The translations under genes and the position numbers were made by a program. A DNA stretch of 64,000 nt from contig OX337239.1 of NCBI GenBank assembly GCA_946965045.2, forward strand, positions 496,001 through 560,000. The letters are read 5' to 3'. Positions within the stretch are counted from its first letter, which is position 1. Each line of letters opens with the position of its first letter. The notes under the pieces were generated by a model. That model was not told the origin of the DNA. It searched no databases and saw only the letters and a program-made list of their open reading frames with translations. Positions 11,381 through 22,249 of this stretch are shown here, one piece after another. Source of the stretch: Epithemia pelagica. Lineage: Eukaryota; Protista; Bacillariophyta.

Positions 11381-12619
11381 ATGGACGATTTAATGGCGGC
11401 TTCGACCCTGGTCGACCAATTGAGCATGGCAATACCCACCAATAGCAATCGTAGTAGGCTCCCTCCAACCGCTGCCAGCACTGCTACTGCCACCGTGCCT
11501 CAACAACACGACGCGGAAAGAGACAACGACTCCCAACCAAACAGAAACCAACGACAACCGTCACGACGACGACGACAAGACGATCCAACGACGTCGACCA
11601 CCACCGCCACAACCAACAAGGACGACCCTCTTAAAGACGACAACGACAAGGAGGACACCAAAGAGACAGACACCAACAACCATGGCCCAACAAGAACCAC
11701 CCAGAACATGAAAACGAGCACCCGTGCCGTGGAGGAGAATGGGGAGGAGGATCGTGATGACGATGACGACGAGAAGGATGACAATGAATCAAACCATGAT
11801 GATGATGAAGAGGAAGCCAATCACAAGGCATCCGTAATGGTGTCACCCAGCAGAACTTTGGCCGATACCGGTGTCTTTGCCACATTTGGCAGTCCGAGTG
11901 GCCCCAACGAAACCAACCACAACCACAACAACACTACTACCAACAACGGTAGCAAACGCGGTCCCTACAAACGCAATGCCTTGATTTATGCCGAATTTCT
12001 CGACATGGGACGTCGCTGTGGCAATACCTATGTTTATTGTCGCCATTGTTATCAAGTCTACTTGGATCACAGCCAAAGTAATAACAGTACTACCAATGCA
12101 AACGACAAACCAACGCCGTATATTTGTCGCAAACGACCCGAAACCTGTCGCACGCATTTGGTCGCCTGTCCCAATTATCAACGCTACCGACATGAACATG
12201 GCATTCGAGATGTCGTGCCCGGTCCGGCTGTGCCCATTCCGCCGCCATCCTTGCCAGTGGCAGCTAGCACTACGACTCCGACGACGACGACTCATCGTCC
12301 TTCTCGCAAACGACCCCTTCCCGAACTTCCGTCCATCACAATTACTACCACGAAACGACCATCCAAACCATCACGTACCGCCACCACCACCAATCCTCCT
12401 CCAACGACGACGATTGGACAAAGTGTTCCGGAACGATTGGCCGCCGTCGAAGCCTGGCTCGGTGCGGCACCCACTCCCACCACAACCTCCACACGACGAA
12501 CAAGCACGACGCCCACCATTACCATTTTGCAACGCATCAAGTATTTGGAAGCCAATTATGGATTGGAAGGAACTGGATTGAAAATTGCTCAACGATTGGA
12601 ACAACTCGAAAATTTGTAA
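11381..12619 (+). CDS. Putative DNA-binding protein with a BED-like zinc finger (412 aa)
   Basis: VYCRHCY...CRTHLVAC gives a C-x2-C...H-x3-C pattern, preceded by basic KRGPYKR. Short C-terminal helical repeats (ERLAAVE, QRIKYLE, QRLEQLE). First ATG at 11381. Confidence 0.7.
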   Translation: MDDLMAASTLVDQLSMAIPTNSNRSRLPPTAASTATATVPQQHDAERDNDSQPNRNQRQPSRRRRQDDPTTSTTTATTNKDDPLKDDNDKEDTKETDTNNHGPTRTTQNMKTSTRAVEENGEEDRDDDDDEKDDNESNHDDDEEEANHKASVMVSPSRTLADTGVFATFGSPSGPNETNHNHNNTTTNNGSKRGPYKRNALIYAEFLDMGRRCGNTYVYCRHCYQVYLDHSQSNNSTTNANDKPTPYICRKRPETCRTHLVACPNYQRYRHEHGIRDVVPGPAVPIPPPSLPVAASTTTPTTTTHRPSRKRPLPELPSITITTTKRPSKPSRTATTTNPPPTTTIGQSVPERLAAVEAWLGAAPTPTTTSTRRTSTTPTITILQRIKYLEANYGLEGTGLKIAQRLEQLENL

Positions 12620-13733
12620 GAAAAAGTCCGCACATGTCGACGATCTGAATACTAGCGCGCGCATGATGATTCGCCAGTGTTCGTACTGGACCCGTTTTCG
12701 ACCACTGAAAAAGCCTCCTGTTCCAAGTCAACATGGGATGGTTCCATGATATTTTATTGATTCCAGGAGTACACGCCCTTCGGTCCTACCGTTTGTCACG
12801 CAGAGTTTGCAACCACAGCCGTGTGTTGGAACCCACCAACAACACTGGTACCAAACGTCTGTCCCAAACGGCAGGAGCGAAGGACGTACTTCTAGCTACA
12901 ATCATCACATGAGGGTTTTCGGCCAGAGCCGCCACCAAGACGACTGTTTCGGTTTCGCAAAGTCTGTCACAACTCACAACAACAAAACAGAGAACATGAG
13001 ACATTGTCCCAAGAGGCATTGCAAAATCCCAATACTCCACTGACGGAGTCTGTTTGTTTCGCAGCCATGACAAATTTTGGTGCAGGTAGTAGTACTACGA
13101 GAAAGGCCGTTTTCGACCCACTCGAGATCCCAATGGACGGGACGTGGTGTTCACTCGCACCACCCACCGGAACAAGGTACGTGTTTGTCACGACTGGTAC
13201 AGTGTTCGACCTCCCTCTCCAACCTTCTTTGGTTTTGATTTCGGCTTCACGATTGTGTGGACCATCCAAGAATTCAAACGATGCATTTCGTTCGTCCGTG
13301 TTTGACCATTGGATTTTGTGCTCGTGTTGTTTTCGGGCGTGTCTTTGTGAGAAAAAATGTTGCGGATTTCCGTTTTGTTAGGACGGATTCCCCATTACCA
13401 ATGCGGAAAGGCAGGATCACGACATGTCGTGAGTACTTTATATGTTTATATACATCGGAACTGCGACGGCAGCATTGGACACGTAGGATTCATCATCCGG
13501 CAGCCCAGTAGTAGCAAACGAGGAATTCGGAAGTATGACGTAACCTGTGAATCGAGTATAGCACAAAGAGTACCCCCACACAGGAATACCCAACACCGCA
13601 TAGAAGGTCCACGACTGTCCGTAGTCCAAACTCAACATTGGCACAGGCACAGGCACGATCGATCCACCATTTCCCATTTCCATTGGCCTCATAAAACACA
13701 AAAATCAACACCTCATTTTCGGAACCTTTTTTT

Positions 13734-15140
13734 ATGCAATTTGCAACCTTTCCTGCAACATCCCGAACCAATGTCTTGCTAAGCAGCATCATCACCACCT
13801 TGGTGTTGTTGTCTCCTAGCAAAAATTCTCTCGCCAACGCCTTTTTGGCAGCCGACGTCCATCCCTTTGCCATTTCCCATTCCGTCGTCGCCGCACGAAC
13901 TGCTTTCTCTTCGTCGAGTACGCTCCGAACGCCAGACCATGCCTCGCATCACTGGACACCCACCCGTCAACAAATGAATCCGGATACCATCACACTTCCT
14001 CGACCAGCCTTTGTCCCATTGGACAATACAAACAATAACAATTATAACAACAACAAACCCCCAGGCGATTCCCTGGTACAATTGGCGCATCCCTTGGCCG
14101 CCGGCGCCGTGGCTCTGCAAACCATGGTCGTTCAACCTCTCATGGACAAGATGGGAGAAGTCTTTCCTTGGCATGCCGCCGCCGCAGCATCCGCCTGTGC
14201 CATGGATTCGGCACCAATCGACTTGGAAAATGGCTTGTCCCTGGTGAGTCATGTCGCCATGAATGCCATGGCCTTGTTTGGTGCTCCGTCCTCCATGTGT
14301 ACCATGGGCATTCGAGCCGCCACAGTTCTGGCACAAGTCTTGTCCACGTCGGAATTTCACTTGTCGTCGTCCCAGTCGATTACGGCCCCCGAAGAATGCA
14401 TCTTTCAACTCGTCTCGCTCTACGTTGCCTTGACCAGTTTGTTTCAACACGTGTCTCATCATGCCGTTTCCTCCACGGTGCCCTCCTCCAAGGAATATCG
14501 GGCCTACCAAATTTGGATGAAACCTCATGGAATGACCTTGAAACAATTCAATACCCTCTCCTCCTTTGCCGTGGACTGGGTGACCTTGGACGAAGGACAG
14601 ATTGTGGAACCAAATGCCAACAGCAAGGACGATTCGGCCTTGTATTGGTTGTACAAGGGCACAGTCCAAGTCCAACCGAATCCCCATTCGTCCTCCTCGT
14701 CGTCGTATACCTTGCACGCCAATCCGTTGACCCAACACTGGTCGGCCGCCGGAGGTGCTTCGACGGGTGTGTTGGGAGAATTGGAGTTCTTGAGGGCCAT
14801 GGATGGTCCCTCCCGTTCATCCTCATTATCGTCATCTCCTGCCCATGCCATGATGCAAGCCGTTTGGGAACAAGTGCAGTCAGTGGTGGCTGGTCCGAAT
14901 CAAACGGAACCAACACCCCAAAAAAAAGAAGAAGAAGAATGTCTCTTGTCGTCGTCATGTGAATCATGGACGACGGGTCCCGGAGGGGCCACCCTGTTGC
15001 GATTGGACACGACGGCAGCCGTCAACTTGTTGCATCAATACGATGAAAGTTTGGAACAACCGCTGCGCAATCTCGTCTGGCACGGCCTTCACGCCAAACG
15101 GCAAATGGGTCCAACGGCGGCGGCGGCGGCGTCCCAGTAA
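13734..15140 (+). CDS. Popeye/cyclic-nucleotide-binding-like membrane protein with a putative plastid leader (468 aa)
   Basis: Signal peptide ends ANA-FL. Hydrophobic helices are followed by EYRAYQIWMKPHGMTLKQFNTL...WVTLDEGQ...LYWLYKG...GELEFL, resembling the Popeye/cNMP fold. Confidence 0.65.
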   Translation: MQFATFPATSRTNVLLSSIITTLVLLSPSKNSLANAFLAADVHPFAISHSVVAARTAFSSSSTLRTPDHASHHWTPTRQQMNPDTITLPRPAFVPLDNTNNNNYNNNKPPGDSLVQLAHPLAAGAVALQTMVVQPLMDKMGEVFPWHAAAAASACAMDSAPIDLENGLSLVSHVAMNAMALFGAPSSMCTMGIRAATVLAQVLSTSEFHLSSSQSITAPEECIFQLVSLYVALTSLFQHVSHHAVSSTVPSSKEYRAYQIWMKPHGMTLKQFNTLSSFAVDWVTLDEGQIVEPNANSKDDSALYWLYKGTVQVQPNPHSSSSSSYTLHANPLTQHWSAAGGASTGVLGELEFLRAMDGPSRSSSLSSSPAHAMMQAVWEQVQSVVAGPNQTEPTPQKKEEEECLLSSSCESWTTGPGGATLLRLDTTAAVNLLHQYDESLEQPLRNLVWHGLHAKRQMGPTAAAAASQ

Positions 15141-15907
15141 AACCCTCCTCCACTAGACACACACACAACCACACACAATGCACAAGACACTAGACATGAC
15201 CACACATCCGGACAAGACTTGCACCATCACCACAAGGCCTCGGATACGAGAGATTGTGCTCTCAGAGCCTGCCGTGTCTGGGTGATCCGGTCTCGAGACC
15301 AAACACATCTTTCCATACACGCTATATGACTACTGCTACGACTGCTGCTCGTATTCCTTGGTCCATTTTGTGTTCCTCGTCGTTAGGCAGATTGACACCG
15401 TATCCATGGATCGGCCGTGGCTCTACACATGCACACACACAAGGTGTACCAAATGTGAGCCGAGCTTGCCCCCGAGACTTGCCACACACAAACGAGAAGG
15501 ACACGAGACCTTGGCATATACCGCATCGAAACAAGAAACCCGATAGACGCTAGAAAAAGAGATGTAGTGATGCTATATAGATACCAATCTTCTCATTCTG
15601 TTGTGGTATATTGTATCCGTCAGCGTATAAAGGGTCACATCCACCACTCGATCCAGCAGTAAACTACATTGCACCACACGATCTGTTGACACACAGACGA
15701 TGTCTATGCCTGGGGGACCCTGCCACGAGCAAGGATGGTTGATTTATAGTGTTCTATTGGACTCAATCTTTAGTTTTCTACTTGCATGAGAGCAGTTGGA
15801 ATGCCTACCTACCGTGTCTATGGAAAAAGGTCTTCTAGAGGTAGACCTACTAGCATAACTTGGGGAAGAAAGAATGAGATGTGCGGTCGTCCGGCGGAGA
15901 GAACACG

Positions 15908-16987
15908 TCACGCATTGCGGTTTGCGGTCGCCTTAGACTCGGAAAGAAGACAATGGGGATATGACAAATAATAATGACGACAAGATTGGGGTGCACTTGC
16001 ACTATATCGGTACAGCAGGTCAACGATAAGGCCCATCATTGGATCCCCGGCAGATTGTGCAGAAAGCAGAAAGATGCCAGGGAACGATGATGACAGAGAT
16101 GTTTGAGATCGAGCAGATAGTAGGAGTAGTTCCCGCCGTGTGAAAGTCCCAGCGGTGATGTTTGGTAGTCGCTGATTGGTCAGCAGATTCAATCCGTTAA
16201 CGGAACATGTGCAACATGAAACATGAAGCTTGACCTTCTGCTTGGGGGTACTGCCAAAGATATGGGGGAAGGATGTCGACTCCTGTTGAGTCACAGTTGG
16301 GACACCACCAAAATCGAATAGGAGAGAGACCTGATGAACGATACCATACAAAAACCGAGACGAAATCTTCCAAAGCCACAAAAAAAAACCAGCCCCCCAA
16401 ACGAACAAGACAACATCGCGCTTCAACCCAAATAGTGGATGGAACAAAAGAGGCCCAAAAGCCAAAAGCAGAGTCTGCGCGCTTTGCCGGTACTCGTACT
16501 CGTACTTATTTCGCGAGAACGGACAATGGCAAGAAGAATCCCGTCCACCGAATCGAACAGTGGAGGATCGGGTAAGATCGTCTTGTTCTTCAAAGCGCTT
16601 GAGTCGGCAAGTTGACGTTTACATTCCTCCAACTGATTTCTGAGGTCTTGGCAAGTCGCCTCACTTGATTCCTTTTCAAGATGCTGCTTCGAGAGCTCCG
16701 CAGTGGTTGCTTTGTCAGCATGTTCTTTTGATTTTGTCAACCTCACTTTGACTTTGGACAAGTTGTACGGCAGTCTGGGAGGAATCGCGTTCTTTGTCTT
16801 TGACGGCCATGGCTTCTGCCCGTTTCGGAGACTCGACCGTTGCCTCAAGTTCTAAGAGAACTTGAGACAACGGTCGACTCTCTGCAACAGGCAATGTGGC
16901 AAGGGCAGCTGAAAGAAACAATTGATGTCGTAGATTCCTTTGAGCGATCTGCCGTTCAAACCAACCATGCATCTCAGATTGCCACAT
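15908..16987 (-). pseudogene. Frameshifted coiled-coil gene remnant
   Basis: ORFs 16715-16987 and 16423-16848 join into one heptad-rich protein if one base is removed near 16730 (VDKIK/EHADKATTAEL). Further frame breaks follow downstream. Confidence 0.35.
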
Positions 16988-17575
16988 AGGATTTACAGGA
17001 GCAGAACGCAGTGTTCAAGTTGCAAGTTGGTCACCATTTTTGTACCGCCTGACGGGCGTTTCGACGGGCGTTGCTTCGCCAAGAGCATGCAAAGTAGTGT
17101 TGGGGTAACGGTCTCATTCTGATGGGCACGGGGAATCAAGACCTTGTCCACCTTGGAGACTTGTCCCCCCAGTATTCTAATGATAAGCTCCAGGAGCTGG
17201 AGCTACGGCTCGTTCCCGTTCAATTGGCCGCCTCCTGCGTTCCTTGTTGTTGTCGTCGTTATCCAACAAAACACAAGACACAACAATCAAACAAAACACA
17301 CTTGGTTCGCTCTTCTTCGTTGTCCTCCGTCTCATTTGAGAGCGATCATGGTCTTGTCGAGACTTGGTTTTGAAGAAACCAGCAAACAATCCAGCGTGTA
17401 AACAAAGCTAGTTTCACATTAGATTCTCGTTAGTTACTACTGTGACATGTTTCGATTAGCGTACGCAGAGCTCGTTTGGGGCCTGGCCATCACAAGTCTC
17501 TTCAAAAGAGAATCATAGTCTCTCACACGACGACGACGACAACAACAACGCTGTGACATGGATTGTCATTCACAA

Positions 17576-17643
17576 TAGATGTATGAATAAACATCGATCA
17601 CTATTTCTATAGATGTATGAGTTAACATCGCCCACTATATCTA
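17576..17643. repeat. 34-bp tandem duplication
   Basis: TAGATGTATGAATAAACATCGATCACTATTTCTA followed by TAGATGTATGAGTTAACATCGCCCACTATATCTA. Confidence 0.85.
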
Positions 17644-17691
17644 TTGAATACTTGAGATGGCGAGAACGTTTGCCGTGTTTCGCATACCTCC

Positions 17692-20600
17692 TCAACAGGA
17701 ACTAGAGGCCATGGCGGCTTTGTAAGAAGAGACCATGTCTGGCGGCAACTTGATTTCACCCCGGTTCACCATAGTCCGGAACCGATCTTTGACTTGGACA
17801 TTGGTCCGGCGGCACAGGCGGTTGTCGCAATTGTCCTTGATCATGCGCCATTTGGGACCAAAGCGCATATATCCTTCGTATACCGCCTCGCTTTCGTCAG
17901 CGGTCCAGGCATTACGACGGCGTGGTGCCGATCTAACACTCACCGGATCTTTCCATATCTCATCCTCATACTTTTGAGTTGACAACGGCGCTGGAGCTGC
18001 ATGGGGGCCGTGGCCTGGAAGATTGACTCGTGCCCGTTGGGAGGATCCGCCGACATTCTGACTGGCTGGATCGACAATCTCGTCATCCTCCACATCCTCA
18101 ATCATTAACCGGAAGGATGATCGCGATGGCGGTGGTCGTGGTAGATTCAAAATAGGAGCCGCGGATGCGTTTATCGTTCGATTCACTTCGGTCCTGGATA
18201 ATTTTGGTGCTGGACCATCCGCCGTCTGCACGGTGGATTCATCTCTACGTCTCTTATCTCCCTGCGGTGAATATTCCTCCTCTTTGATTGCAACCGCTGC
18301 GATTGGGGGAGGTTTGTCTGAATTTCGCTTTGTCGTTTCGCTAGGAGCATTCCGTCTACCAGTGGGAGATGTTTCATTCAAGACGTCATCCTTCTCCTCC
18401 TCGTTGTCATCATTGAAACGACTGGGCATGGTAACATTCTCGTCCATTTCAGACGTCGCAGACATGCTCGCGGTGCGTTCGGCAGCCGCACGTTTTGCTT
18501 CTGCTTCACTCGTCAATTCTGGGACAGCCGCAGCGGCCACCTCTGCCGCAGCTGCGAGGGACGTAACCATGGACGATCGTAACGCATTGCCGCTTTGTTT
18601 CAAAGGAATCGACGATGGCTCTCGTTGTGATTTCGGATGACTGCGCGGCGCTTTTCGTGGAAGATGTTGCCGAACAAAGTTGTCTTTCTGAGCACCATTG
18701 GCATCCTCGTCTTTGGTTTCCGTCTGAGATTGATTGCTCGTGCTCGGAGTCTTGGATGTCTCCACAGATGATTGTTTGAGCTGGTGCTGCTTTTGTCCTT
18801 GGACTTGTTTCATGTATCGCTCTTTCGCATCTTCTTCCTCCCAGGCTTTTTCCTGCCGACGAAGCAGGTCCGAATCATCTTCCTCATCCTTGTCGTTGTG
18901 TTGTCCTTCCTCATCCTCTTTCTCTCCGTTCCTGTCTTTGCTTTCCCCAATTTGATCTGGTGGCTCTTCTCCATCCGTTCGACTCGTGTTGTTGTTTGAC
19001 ATGTCTTTGAGAAACTGTTCCGGATACTGACTGTCGCTGTGGAAGTGGGCTCCATCTGGTTCGGGTCGAAAAAATCCCACCCGGCGCTTATTGGTGGAGG
19101 ACGGGCTAGATACGGAGTTGTTGGTTCGAAAGGAGATTCGTCGCAATCGCGTTTCCTGTTCCTCCTCCTGAGACAAGATTTCGCTGTGTGCATTCTCTCT
19201 TTTGGAAGTGGAAGGTGTAGTGGATTCGGCATCCACGGCCGAGTCTGGGTTGGTACGATGATCGGACGGAGGTGGATCGGGTGCTTGCAGAGATGACGAC
19301 GCATTAGGCGATGACATTCGCGGCATGGTCTTGGCCTTTTTGGTAGTTGTACGTATGCGACTCAAACTCTTCTCGTTGCTCCCTCGTGGACGGCGTTGTG
19401 TCGATGTGGACAAGCGAGATGTTGTGGGATCCGCTTCACCACCCTTGTGGGGGCTGCGCGAATGGGTGGCCACAGCTACTGCAGTGGTTTCGTCTGGCAT
19501 GCCATTGGTTTCCAGGTCATTTTCCTCCTCGTCGTCCATGCCATAGCTGGAAACATCGTCCTGATCATGATCTTCATCGTCCATGGCCACTAGGGGAGCT
19601 CGTACACCTCCATAACCCAATTGAACAAAGGTGGGAATTGTCAAGATACGTTCCGACCATTTCAACAACAAATCTCGTGACTGGAACAAGAGTTTGGCAG
19701 TCGGAGTAAAACATTAAAGGTCAACAAAAAAGAGGTACCATACGAAAACGTAATGCAATGAGAAAAAGAATCCACATGATAAAACAACGATTCAGTCCTT
19801 TCATTCGCACACCTACCTTTTGTTGGAGTGTGGCAAAGGAATACGTGGTGGATGCACCCAATGAAACGGCGAGAGCATCATCGTAGAGGCCTTGCGGCTG
19901 AGGATCCATCCCATCCAATTGCTTTAAAAATTGGGTGAGCGAGGAGGGAAGGCCTCTGTTTCGTGCGGTGGTGTTACCTTCGGAAGAAAAGATGCGAAAC
20001 AATGCCGACCTGTACTCGTGCACGGCTTGTTCGAGGCTGGCCCTCTCGTCACCACCACGGCCCAATGGTACGTCTGTTTCTTCTCCCAATCGTGATGGTG
20101 GCATGGCAGGAGGGTCATGAGATGTCGTACTCTGGAAAGATTGACGCATAATATCTTGCAATCGTTGTCGAAACGTGGCCAGAACTCGTTGAACTTGAAG
20201 CAATTGTACCACATGTCGAAACTCGGCTTGAAACATGGCATGTTCGTGCACCGCATCACCGTCTTGTGTCTTTTCCTCAAGATTTGTGTGGTTCCGGTTT
20301 GTTGTTGTTGTTGTTGTTGTTGTCGTCGTAGGGTTCTCTAACAACATATTGGCGGTGGGTTGCAAGCACGTTTGACGCACCGCACGAAATTCCTGTTCCA
20401 AGGCTTGCCATTCTCGAGCCGGAATACGGTGGGCCGGTCGAGTCAAACCTTCCGTATCGCTTCCATTCCAATCGTCCTCAGGTTCATCCGTTGCGGAGGT
20501 CTGCAGACATCCCAAGGAAATGGATAAAAAGGCAATTTGCAAACGGGTCCACAAGCGGCCCCGACGGATCAAGACACTTTGGTGGTTATTCCTATTGAGA

Positions 20601-21001
20601 TGGCCTGGAGTGTTTGTCCGCTCCTCGGTTCCGTTCCACGAAACAGACAAGAGGACTTGCAGGGCCGTTTGCAAATGACCATAGTCCTGCACGAGAGCGG
20701 CCGTGGAGGGTGGTTGTAGACAGGCGAGATGGGCAAAGTATTCCACCACATCCATTTGGGATTGCGACAAGCTCGGCCGATCGGAGGGAACATTGGTAAA
20801 GACTCGTGATAGGGACCGCGCCAGGCGAGGACCGGACGACGACAATAATCGAGATGGAGGAGGAGGAAGTTTGGGAGGGGGAAGGTCTGATGTAGATGAA
20901 AGCGAGAAAAGAGATGTTTCGCGCGTTGTGGCAGAGAGTGCCGTTGCCTTTGGTGGTTTGGTCATGTTGGTTTGGGTCGCAATATCTCTGTTCTCCGACA
21001 T
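17692..21001 (-). CDS. TRF-like telomere-repeat-binding protein candidate with a C-terminal telobox Myb domain (2 exons, about 1057 aa)
   Basis: Exons 21001-19817 and 19680-17692. The 136-bp phase-0 intron (AAG|GTAGGT...TTCCAG|TCA) joins the two long ORFs in frame. C-terminal RRRNAWTADESEAVYEGYMRFGPKWRMIK...RTNVQVKDRFRTM is a single Myb repeat of telobox type. Confidence 0.8.
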
Positions 21002-22249
21002 GATGGGCAGAATAGAACGAAAACTGACTCTTTCTTTCAATCAACAGGACGAAATCGTCTCATTTGTTGCGGTTCTTGGTCTTGTGTTGTTGTTTTTCCA
21101 CAGACAATATGTCAGGTGGGAATCAGCGTGGGTAAAGGCAATCAGGAACGGATGGGTCGCTCGAAACTGTTGCGTTGTGGTTTAATAGGGGTAGAGAAAT
21201 CCGGTGGAATTCTTTTTGTTCGTTTGGAACACCACACGCTCTACTTTTGTATGTTGGATTGACTTTTCTTTTGGTGCCGAGACAAGCTAATGAGACAAGA
21301 ACAAATGAAAATGACATGAAAGACGATGGAAGTGAATCAATGAAAGAGAGCGTTCATCGCCCGTCTTGCTTCCTTTTGCTTGCGCGTTGGTCGTTTTGAA
21401 AAAGAGTGTAGAGTTCGTCCGCCCGCCCGTAGAAGGGCACGCGCAGAGAAGGACGATGGTCGCGCTATACCCACGTAAAGGGTAGCTCACAAAAGGGAAA
21501 GGTAGCAAGATATAATATAGAAGTACTCCTCTATTATTGCTCCATATCTCCTATGTACTTTGAATTTTCCATCGAGATGCGTCCAACACAACCAGGAATG
21601 GTTCTTGGGATTGGGTTTATGGTGTTGATTGTAGACCTATATGTGCCCTAACAGAGTATTTTGAACTATATTGTAACAGGCATGCCTTTTTTGCGTTGGA
21701 TAAGAGCCGTCGTCGTTCAGAAAAATCAAACATGTCGACCGGCTACGACAAAATCGATCGGATTGGGAAAGCGAGAGGACCGGTAAGGTCGTCATGGCCG
21801 GCATCGGACGACATAGCTATGTGCTGCTTATTGTTGCCCCGAGTTAATCGCATTTTGGTCGCTGTAGTTTGGAGAGTGCAAAAAGGATCGATGTGTATCC
21901 AATTCTGGATGGGAAATGGGAAAACCACCCCATGGGTTGCGCTGTTGTATCCATCGACAGCGGCATGGATTGTGCGGTTGTTTCCATCGAAGGTATCATG
22001 GTTGATTCACTTTCAATGATGATAGACGTAAACAGATGCTAGAACGATGTCATTGCCTTGGAATCTACTCCGTACCTAATACCCCACGAAATTGGTGCGC
22101 CGATGATGGATCCTTAGCACCCGGAAACACGAATCAGGTGAGACGTGATCAAGACGTTCTATTTCCATCATTACGAGCCTCTGTCGTTCAGACGCAAAAA
22201 CGGAAACCGAATCAGGGAACCACAAAACAACAAGAGCTCTTGCGAAACC

